NCBI RefSeq assembly: GCF_964355755.1
Contig: NC_092679.1
Coordinates: 17,033,432-17,097,431 of the forward strand
Length of the DNA stretch: 64,000 bases
Direction: 5' to 3'
From: Antedon mediterranea
Taxonomy: Eukaryota > Animalia > Echinodermata
Shown here: piece after piece, positions 47,801-59,800 of the stretch
Numbering within the stretch: position 1 is the first letter of the stretch
Layout of the letters: every line of letters starts with the position of its first letter
Made by a program: the position numbers and the translations under genes
Notes under the pieces: model-generated
What the model saw: the letters and a program-made list of their open reading frames with translations, nothing else
Databases searched by the model: none
Told to the model about the DNA's origin: nothing

Positions 47801-50800
47801 GCTCAAATATGGTAGTGATATGACATCATCATGTCCATATATGGGCATGGGTATGTAGTTTACATATGGAGCTATTAAATGTCGGTATACAGTATTTCTC
47901 CTGCATGTGACAACAGTAGATAGTAAATTTCTTGAAGACATAATAGTAAAAATTAATAAATCAAACTCACCGAAACAGCCTCAGTGTTGACAGACTGCAG
48001 GAATTGAAGAATATCTGAAAGCAGCTTAGACGGAGGATGGAGGCTATTCTTGTCATCGATGGTCTGAAATGAAAAAAGAACTCTCAAACCTCATTTGAAC
48101 CAACCATAATGGCAGTAGTTTGGAAAGATACCTATTTCGGTAGAAATGACAGAATGGAAAAAAAATCTACACACATTGTAAAGTATAAACCGGTTAGATC
48201 AAGACACAACTTTGCGCTGATTACTAGCTGCATTATTATGGGAGTATGTTTCCATTTTTTTGATCCAAAAAATGACCGTGGTAATAATGTGCAGCACATT
48301 GATTGCTTGCTTATATGCTCTATATAAGAATGAACTATTATATATTATCATTATAGCTCTAACATATGTTTAACCTCATTTTTCGTACTTTTAAAACTCT
48401 TTTAAACTTCTCTTTTGCTCCTTCATAATCTCCAGACCTCAGACAGCTCATGCCCCAAGAGGCCCACACAGCCCCAGTGTCTAGCCTGCACTTTGTTGAC
48501 ACTTCCATGGCAAGATTCAACCTCTCACTCTCTAACAATCTATCACGGATCAGCCTGAAAATGTAATTGTTTAAAAATATTTACTGTTTATTCAGTAATG
48601 TATGGTGGCATTGTCAGTCAATATGTATATAAGTCATAAAATACCACCAAAATTACGAGTGAGAATCAATATCATCATCAAAAAAAAAATCATTGGCGAT
48701 TGAAGCTAAAGGCCTGGAAGCTAGGCCATTCAAAAAAATGCCTCAACTTTGACCGAGGAGTAGAATAGTTATAAACGGCACGCACTACAGTTATAAACGG
48801 TGCGCACTACAGTTATAAATGGCGCGCACTACAGTTATAAAAATTCTAAAAATTTTCAAAAAGTTGAACCTGCATTTATAGAATTTATAGCTCATTAGAT
48901 ATCACTTTTCTGTGCCTAACCTTGCAGTGTCAGGCTTTGTTAACTGTTGAATACTTGGAATGTCTAGACAGTTGGCAGTGACAAAGTTGGACAGCAGATC
49001 AACCAGACTGATGTATGTATCACACTGCTCAATCTTGTGGATAGCTTCTGCTTTCATGAACTTTAACTTGGCATCAAATAAAAGGGTTTTAATCATGCTG
49101 CAATAAAAATAAATAATTTAAAGATGCATACTATTACTAATTGTGTTATTTAGAACCATACCAGGTATGAACCATACAAGGTATGAACCATACAAGGTAT
49201 GATGAACCATACAAGGTATGAACCATTAAGGTATGATAAACCATTAAGGTATGATGAACCATACAAGGTATAAACCATACAAGGTATGATGAACCATACA
49301 AGGTATGATGAACCATACAAGGAATGATGAACCATACAAGGTATGATGAACCCTACAAGGTATGAACCATACAAGGTATGATGAACCATACAAGGTATGA
49401 TGAACCATACAAGGTATGAACCATTAAGGTATGATAAACCATTAAGGTATGATGAACCATAAAGGTATAAACCATACAAGGTATGAACCATACAAGGTAT
49501 GAACTATACAAGGTATGATGAACCATACAAGGTATGATGAACCATACAAGGTATGATGAACCATACAAAGTATGATGAACCATACAAAGTATGATGAACC
49601 ATACAAGGTATGATGAACCATACAAGGTATGATGAACCATACAAGGTATGATGAACCATACAAAGTATGATGAACCATACAAGGTATGATGAACCATACA
49701 AGGTATGATGAACCATACAAGGTATGATGAACCATACAAGGTATGATGAACCATACAAGGTATGATGAACCATTAAGGTATGATAAGGTATAAACCATAC
49801 AAGGTATGATGAACCCTACAAGGTATGAACCCTACAAGGTATGAACTAAGGTATGAACCCTAGACAGAACTTCAAATGTTTTACTATTCGAAACATTAAA
49901 ATCAACATTATTTGTAGAATTAATACCTTATTAGTAAGTTGTAGTCAATCTCTGGGTTTGGTACGCCAGGTTTCAACGGTCGTAAATTCTCGGACAAACT
50001 TTGACATAGTTCAAGAACCAAGACTCCGCATTCACTGGGGTCAGTATGTAGGTCAAGTATGGAAATACAAAGTGATGTACTTGGTGCCTGAAATAGGAAA
50101 TCAAATATATATGTATTTTTTAATCTTACACTGTAACACTGTAAATCGTTACTATCAAAGAAATATACAGTATAAAAGTGATCTATTTCAACATCTAAGT
50201 ATTAACTTTTTTTTTTCTTTTTTTTAAAAGAAGATATTCAAAGAAAAAAAAATATACTTAAATAGGTAAAATAACATAGCAATACGAAAACGTTATTCAA
50301 CCAAGTTCTAGATAATGTTGGAATGGTCAAACAAGCCTTCATTAACAACTCGAAGGCCCGCTTATTTTGAATCGGCATTTATTTATCATATGCCATCTAG
50401 AACACTGTCCGAGTTAGAGATTACATTTTTAAATATAATAATAGCAAAAAAAAACAACAACAAAAAAACCCCAAATATAAATGACTATTAACCTGGTCGT
50501 AGCAGAACTCGTCGCGGACTGTCTTGTTATAAACTGAATCGTGCTTTAGCTTGAAATGCGTTGCTCCAGCACGAGGTAACAGCAGTGGGGTAGTGCTTCT
50601 AGGACTGGGGGATGGTGTACGACTTGTTCTGCGATCACTACCTGGCCTTAAACTGGAACCTACGAAAAGATAAAATGTATACTCTAAAATACATTAGTAC
50701 TATTGATAGATGGTCAGTAAAAATCTATTTTAACTAATGTTCGAGGATAAGGTGACATCTAGTGTTTACAAAAAGTTCACAGGTGACATAGAGGTCTTGG

Positions 50801-53800
50801 AAACTTTAATCTAACAAAAATATCTGTACAGTACTTGTAATAAAATATACTATACCTGACATCCTTCGTGGAGACATGTCTGGTCTGACAGAGATCCTAA
50901 AAAAACATTTATTTTATTAATTCTAAAATCAAAATTATGAACAAATAGATTGAATTGAGCTGATGGGGTTTTAAAAGCACATTTTACATAATAGTATTAA
51001 CCAACTGCTAAATATGGTCTGTGGTTCAAATATTACCTTCTTGGCATAATGAAATGACGATAACAATCGTCGCATATTCGCACAGGAACTTCACCGTAAC
51101 CTTTGACAATAGCTTGAAGCTGTGAACAGCGCCAGCAGACTACTCGTCCACAACGGCGACAATGATGCCTTCTATTGAACTATAAGATAATACATAATTT
51201 AATGGGCTACAACCAAGGCAATCTAACACTTAAACAGGATGCTGAGATCTGGCAATCAAAGGGTTTATCTGCGGTTGCGAAACGATTAGTTCCACACCCT
51301 TAACAGACACCATGCACTGCGGAGAATATGTACACAGTACAGTAAGTCTGTTGGTATTTGTGGCAGCCAGACATAAGATCAAAGGACTGTTACAAGTTCC
51401 TATATTGTAAGCGCAGTGTCCTGATGTTTGATTTTCTTGCTATATCTATGTGGACTGGATACAAATTCCATTTTTTATGGTTATAAAAAAACTGCCGTTC
51501 TCCTAAAAGAACACAATGCTCACAATTTATAATCATGGGGATTCACTCTAAAGCTTGGTTCCCACTAAGGATGTAAAGCAAGTTTGAATAATCCACTTGT
51601 GATTGGTCAAATCACTTGTGCTACAATTACGTCCTTACGTTGCACCCAATGGGAAACAAGCATTACAGTTTGCCTCCTCTACTCATTGTTCGTGCGTAGA
51701 AAAAAAATAATTTTCCTATCAAGACTTTTAGAGTTAAAACGTACCATACTAAATTTTTCAGTTTTGCAAACCATGCAAAACGTGACATCCATGTCTTTAA
51801 CCCAGTCTTCTTTCTTGGGAGGTGAAGAGGGTAATTGGTGCATCAAGTCATCTTTCATTTCATCCATCATAGAGCTTGTCTCTGGATCATCAGGTACTGT
51901 ACATTGTACAGGTTCATCCTCTATAAAACAGTCATCTATAGAAATATATTTTAAAGAAAATTGGAAAAAAAAGGGTTTCGTTAATGTTAACAAATCTTTG
52001 TAACAATACAAAAATATGTTTAATACATAAAGAAGCCAATTCTCATATTAATTTGTATACCACTAGTTCGAGGGTTCAAAACCTCTTTTTTCCATTGAAG
52101 TCCTTTTCAAACTGGAAACCACGGGAGTGATGGTAAATATGACTATCTCATGGTATTTTCCCCTTTTGTGACAAAACAAACACTACCCCTGTAGAAATCA
52201 TGGCTAGTGGCTTGTTGTATACACTATTTGTATAGTGTATATTTACATGTTTTTACAGTTCTGAAAAAAATTTAGATACAGTAGCTGTAATTAACTGTAA
52301 GAAAAATTAGTTGGGTCAGGTCCCTGAGCATGGGATGTTTGTCTTTTGTTTTGTTTATATAGATAGGATAATAATAAAGAAAACAATATTTTGAAAAAAA
52401 AAAGAATTGGGTAAAATAAGTTTTAATTACCCCAAGTTTGTGCAATTGTATTGATAACAAGCGCCTCTCTTGCATATTTTGAGACAAGCTGATCAATCTC
52501 GTTCTTCCAACATGTCATATCTGGTTGACCATCAAGATGACCAGTCAAAACAGACATTACATTGCTAGCAACTACAAGCTATAAAGATGAATGCATATAA
52601 AAATAAATTAAATCTGAATAATCGCGGGAGTTTCTGGACATTTCTACAGATTGTTTTGAATATACAAAAAAATCTTCCCAACCATGCATCAGTTTCCATT
52701 TAGTGAGTAGACAGTGGAACCGTAATTACGTAGCCATAACATCAGCAAGAGTTCAAGGCTCAGTCGCTCCATGATTCTAGTGGTAGAACTAGTCTTCTCA
52801 AAAAAGGACTTTAAATGTTAGGTCATGAACCTAGTACAACTTTCGAGATGAGTAGGGGTTTATTCCAGTGCATTAGTACATCACAGCCACTGATCATAAC
52901 TGGGCCCTCTGGGAGACCAGTCTTTGACTGAAGAGCTCACTCAGTATAAATTTTTTTTTTTCTTAAATAGGTTCTGCAAATAGGACTAAAGATGCAAAAC
53001 AGTCGCATAGTTTTCTCAATGGTTTGGTAAAAAGACTCCTGTTCGAAGTACAACATCTTTATTCATTCACAATTACAATGTTTAATAGTACCAAAAGAAG
53101 CTTGTCAGTTTGGATACCATATACATACAGCAGACAACATTCATGAACGAAAACAAATTGAAATAAAAATAATAAAAATCAATATGGGTCGCCCACTACC
53201 GGTCAGCACATCCTGTGCATTCTTACATTGGAATTCATAATTAACTGCTCCAGTATTAACAGTGGTTTGCTCATCAGATGTTCATATCCAGCCTGTGTTA
53301 CAGATGACATACAAAGTAACATCTACAGTACAAAAGACAAATACATATAATTAATTGTGCATTAAACCTTGATTTTTTTTGGAGGATACATTTAATTATA
53401 AGAAATTATAGGTTAGGGACAATTGTATAGATCATTCTCCTTACATTAACACCAATTGTTGTTGCATTGAATTCTTGAAGCTGTTTGGATGGAATGTGGT
53501 CTGCAAGGTGTGTTGTAACAAACTGTACAATAGATAGTATACCATGTAAGCTAACACCAGATGTCTCCAGAAGAGATTTGCACAGAGAAAAGCAGTACTG
53601 TTTGTCATTGGTGCTCTCAAGAATCTGGTTAAGCGATAAAATAAATCACAAAGAAATTAGATCCCTGTGACGTCTATTTTACAATGGTTTACAAACATGA
53701 AAATGTTGCATAAAAGCCATGAAGCCAATATTAATTGAATTAAAAATTATCATATTTTTAAAGAAAATCATAAAGAAATTAGATCACAGTGGTGTCAATT

Positions 53801-56800
53801 TTACAAATGTTTAAAACATGAAAATGTTGCAAAAAGCTTTTCACCATGGAGCCAATATTATATAATTACTAAATATAAGGATATTACTTTATCATCATAT
53901 TAGCATATTATTTATATAAAATTATTTACCTGGTATATTTTGATATTTGGATGACTTTCTTTAAGCAGTGACACTAAGTATTTCTTCTCAATCAACTATA
54001 AAAGAAATAATAAATTACGGTAAAAGTAAACCACTTTTGTTATCAACAGGATTTAAAGCAGGCATCTGTCACTTGTATTCACGCCTTGTAATCTATTCCT
54101 TAGTATGTTCATTCTGTCTTGTTAAACAACCTCAAATTCTAAATAAGTTCATAGGAAATTAATATTATTATTTTAAAAACTCCTTTTAAACAAAATATTA
54201 TTCTATTCCAACCTGTTTTAATATTATACTTGAGTTGTGAAGATCAGCCCAAGTGAGAGCAGTTTCATATTCGTGACATGACAAAATAACTGCCAAAACT
54301 TGTTTCGGCTTTGCATATGATTGCTCCGCTATATACTGCCATCGTTTGTAGCTAACCAAATCATTCCATAAATCTTCGCTTTCTTCTTTTGTGACTATGT
54401 CACATGACCGTGGATTGAAGGACTTTGCATATTCTGAAATCTGAAACAGAGTAAAAAATATTTAGACATGTGAGCATGCTTGAACTTTATTGACAAAATC
54501 CACACAACTAAAATGAATATTTAAAAAATTTGCATAGTTACTGAAGCTATCACAACATATATACTGCCTATCATTTAAATTAATAATTAGTTAAGTTCTG
54601 TCTACACTATCAAACTAGTTTGACAAAAAAAAAGTGTGTGGCCAAATACGGTAGTGATATGACATCATCATGTCCATATATAGGCACATCACATTTTTTT
54701 TGTCACATAAAGTTTGATAGTGTAGACAGAGCTTAAGAAAATGCCCAAATATGGGAGTGATATGCCCAAATATGGGAGTGATATGACATCATCATGTCCA
54801 TATATAGGCACATCACATTTTTTTTGTCACATAAAGTTTGATAATGCAGACAGAGGAAGATGTTTCATACCTTACTATACAATTGCATCTCTTTATATTT
54901 CTGCTGAACTAATTGCACATGTGGAGAGTCTGGAGATAACTGAAAAAAGCAGTGTTCTAGCAACTCCAGACAGTCACCAGAGGAGTAGTATGAAAGAGAA
55001 GTAAGCACCGAGTTCACTAGAAGATCATGATTCCGAACCTGCATCAGGTACTTCTTTGATGCCGCAACATCCAAACTGCGAGAGTCGACATGAAGACCTA
55101 TTAAGACATAGTCACGTAATGTCACCAAATCACTAGAATCAATGTTTTGAAAGTGTATCAGAAGGTCTAGTATATCCAGAGTTTGCTGCCATTTTCCATT
55201 CTCTAATACCTTGTTCAGATCTTCTCTAACAGTCTCCTGAAAAGTGTCACTGTCTACTCTTCCAAAGATGTAAGAGTAACTGTTACCACAAGCATCCAAT
55301 AAAGATTTTGCTTCACCAGTTTTATGATTCTCATTATGAAAACTAAGAAAAACACCTGCAAAATACTGTAGATATTTCTGCAACACTGGAAAATCTTCCA
55401 ATTCCTCAGAAGATGTATCACCACTTATCAGAGCTTCAGTGACATCATTGATGGCTTCTGGTGATATATACAACTTCCAACCACACCCACCATCAAAGAC
55501 ACCAACCACTTTTGATATTGTCCATATGAAACGATTCCTTGCTTCCATGTATTGGAGAGTTTCCTTGTTTGGTGAGAACACTGGTTTTTGATGGACATGC
55601 TCATATTCATCAGCAAGTTGGCTGAGATCAGGTGCAGAAGATCGTCTTTGCATCCGTTGGCCATATCCAGATGCATAACTGAAGGTATAACCAAAATTGA
55701 AGTCCATCGTATTTATCTTAATCTTTAATCCGTTGATCTTGCTAGTTGGTTCATCTGGAAAATCTTCTAAAAAACATAAATCATAAACGGTAGAGACCAA
55801 TGTGCTTATGAAGAGTGAAAAATTATGTCAACAATGTCAAATAAAGACAACATGAAAAGATATGGCAAAGTAATCAAATTGGATCAAATGATAATGCAAG
55901 AACGAAAGCAGATACTGTAGCAGCTGTAGTAGTAGCATTGAATGAGAAAATCTGAAAATAATGATGGCTGTGCTAGTTTTTTTCTGTCAAAGTCAAACAA
56001 GTTATCCAATACTTCTGACATAATCATATTAACAGGTACAATAAGGAATAGAAAAAAGCGTTAATAAGTTAAGTATCAACAAATACCTCTTGTAAAGGCC
56101 TCAATTCTTTTGGGGGAGCAACTTAAGATGAGTGAATCTAAACTGGTTCCAAGTTCTTCCGACACATGTGCTATCAAAAAGTGAATCAATCCTTCAAAGA
56201 TTCTACCAGATTCAATGTTCTCTTGCAGGTTCTTGCCTGTAAAATCCTTGCGGAACCAGGCAACTTGTTGAGGAATTGTTACCTATGGAAGCATAGAGTT
56301 TTATCAATTTTAGTAAACAACCGCTCTGTCTACACTATCAAACTTTATGTGATGTCATATCACTACTGTACCATATTTGGGCACATGACTTTTTGATAGC
56401 ATAGACCAAGCTAATATTAATCAATGTTTGGAATTATAGGTAATAAAGTTTGATCGTTATTATAGTAGTAAATATATTTATAAATTCAGTGACATTTAGT
56501 TTGAGTTCCACCGGAACCTTTTTACAGAGTTTTCAGTAAAACTTTGGTGGCATATGGATTGAGAAACAATAATGCGTTTTACCTGCATCAGCTCTTTGTT
56601 CACTAAGACATGGCTATCAAGATATGATCTCATGGCATCTGACAACTGTTCATATAATTGGTCTTCCTCTAAAACCTATAGACAGTCAACATATAAGCAT
56701 GCAACATAAAGTTGGTATAGTCATTATTGATTTAAAGGGGAATTTTGGGTTTAAATTAGTTTAAAATATTGTTTATTTATTAAAGTTAAGAGATAAATCT

Positions 56801-59800
56801 TACGATCAGAGATTAAAAGAGCTTGGATTACCTACACTGAATTACAGAAGAAGGAGAGCGGACATTATACAAGTGTTTAAAATTATCAAGGGCTTGGATG
56901 ATATTGAAGCCGAAACCTTTTTTGACTTTAGAGAGGACAGTAGAATAAGGGGCCATCAATTCAAATTAAGAAAGCCAAGAGCCCGACTGAAAATCAGAAG
57001 CCACTCCTTTTCAAGTAGAATCGTCAACACATGGAACAATCTATACCACACTACAGTACAAGCAGAAAACATAAATGCATTCAAGGATCAACTAAACAAA
57101 GACAGAGCAATGGGAGATAAATTTTGCTACCAATTCTAGATAAATACAGAAGAAATGGAGGGCGTTTAAAAGGCATTTGCCTTAATCAAGAGCCCGAAGA
57201 TTCAAGTAAGATTCAAGTAAGTAAGAAATAAACTAGGCCTATTATAAAAATATAACCATATCAAAATAAAAAAAATTTAATTTCATATACATTTTAGACT
57301 AAATTCATGGAAAGTCTGTTTTCAGCAACTTAGGGAAGCTCATTAATATTCATGAGATCAAATATTCACAAAGTCAGCATTCAAACTCGCATCACGTACA
57401 TATACGGAAAATGAAATTGTTTTATTATAATATTATGTATCATATAAATATTATACAGTGTATGTATTTATGTTTGTTATCATATAAATATTATACAGTG
57501 TATGTATTTATGTTTGTTATCATATAAATATTATACAGTGTATGTATTTATGTTTGTTATCATATAAATATTATACAGTGTATGTATTTATTAACGACAT
57601 ACAAAATTAGTACAGATCGTGTCAAAGACCACAAAATGTCTTCCTGAAAAATGGAAGGCTGTGTTTCTGGCATATTTTAGGTTCCCATTGGGTCCTTCCC
57701 CTTAAAGAAAATTGTTGTCATCGCTGTACTCATTGCAAAAGATTCTTCCGCAACAGAAAGGAATCTGCATGTACGGCTGAAACACCTACAGTTACTCATC
57801 AGACTCGATGGACAAAACAAACCTGTAAAATAGGCGATGAGATACAGCTATCGGCAACCACAAACAACAATCTGCTTTCAGATTCAGGTAAATATTTCTT
57901 CCACTTTGATGATCTTTCGAGGCCTTTATATATATATAAAAATATTGTATATTAAAAGTGAATAGAATTTTAGTTAAAAAGCTGTATTTCTATCAATATT
58001 TATATTTTTCAATATCTATTTTCACTGGCTATAAAGAATGGAGGATTATAGATGTATTGTCCATCAAAAACATGAAAAATAAAGAATAATAAAATCTGAT
58101 TTTGAATAGGCCATTTTGCAGTTTTAATATAGTTAAAAAAAAATCAACAAATATAATTATTACACTTATAAGAAGACAGACGAAACGGTTACTTTTAACC
58201 AAAAACCAGTGTCTGACAGACAATTTAGGTATTTTTTGCTTTAAATTACATTTTTCAGGATTTTTTTTTGTTTCAATCCAGTTTTTGGTCAAAGTGAATA
58301 ACTATTATGTAATATAAAATGGTATATTCAACAACAAAAATTTAACAAATTATATGTTTAGGGGACAATATATCTTTAATGGTGCCAAGTGATTTTGTTT
58401 TTCAAATACTTTGTTATCCGTCAGTAGAAATAATGAAAGAACTATACCGGCATCCAGTTTCTTTAGTATTGGTCCGAGCGAAGCTGGCGCTGGAAGCTCG
58501 TTGTGGAGAATTGAAAATCGTAAATGAAATGCACTGTAAACAACCAGAAAAATAATATTGTACACTCAACGATACAAATAAATATTCTTTTTTAATAACA
58601 TCACTGAGCACCATGAATTGGTACAGCAGCTTTTTATAAAGTATCTTGTATATATTAGTATAGATTAGGATCCCACATACTTAATTAATGTCTTTTGGTA
58701 ATCTGTGTAACCATCAAACACTCCCTCACCTACAAAGGTCAGAATTCTTCAGCAATGTAAATAAAATATAAAATATGATAGCAAAATTTACCTAATAACT
58801 CCAAGCTGTCCAACTTTGTACGAAATGTTTGAGTAGTATAAAAGGCGATCTAATGTTGACGATGAGCAACATGCTGGTTCTTTGACGTTCCAATCCCGAA
58901 GACCGGACTTACAACCTAACGAACCATGACGCGTGTGGCTCAGTGGATTCTGTTCCATGTTTACCTAAAATAGATAACATACACATTTACAGTCCATCAC
59001 GTAAGGAAAAGGCAGGAGAGCACTAAATTGCTCTCCTTGTGTTTCCAAGGAGAGCAATTTGCTCTTTTAAAGAATGAATATGCTGTGAGGTACTGGAAGT
59101 AAATTCGCACTTCAAAGCAGGCAGGGAAATCCTCTTTTTTTTTTGGCGAAACTGATTGCTGATTTAAAAGGTAGAGGTAGAAAGAAGTGCGATCGCACAG
59201 GAACTTCTTAAAAATGATGAACTGCATTTAGATTGAAAAGAGGCCACTCTCTCAAAATGTTATTAAGAGAGTATAGCTGTGCCAGATCTGTATGTCACCT
59301 GACATGTAGGGGCGCTCTTTAAAATGTATATAAACATAACAAAACAGTCTATTAACATAAATTGTATCATAACATAGTATAATAACAGTTTGTCTTCTTG
59401 TAAAGTTTGAATAGAAAAGAATTATTATTATTATCAAATATTCTTATTTCATATCATCTTCAAATGTAGATCACATATTTTATTCAAATTCTTTTTATTA
59501 TGTTCTATTGGTTAAATAAATGTTACCAAATCAAATCAATCAACATTCAAATCGAATACATATTAAGCAATCAATTATTAAATGTATGTTATAACAATGA
59601 TTTGGACTTACCATGTTTTTGATGTTTTTTATATTTAATCTTAAAAGCTTTGTCTGTGTACAAACAACAAGTTTCAAATAATGTTAAATATTAGATAATG
59701 AATGCTGTACAAGCAGTGCCTTCATAAGTGACATATCTTTAAATATTTAATATGGTGTAGGCTGTGTTACCTTGATTTGTCCATGTATATAACCAATAGC

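Noticed and set aside
49150-49798. Four overlapping His/Tyr-rich ORFs
   Set aside because: 19-bp minisatellite within a ZFYVE26 intron.
58681-58729. Exon-like segment with AG and GT borders in a ZFYVE26 intron
   Set aside because: 49 nt would shift frame; the flanking exons already join in phase.
59213-59302. Box C/D snoRNA candidate (ATGATGA ... CTGA) and adjacent GGAGAGCA hairpins
   Set aside because: On the strand opposite to the host gene, no terminal stem or recognisable rRNA guide; more likely a TE remnant.
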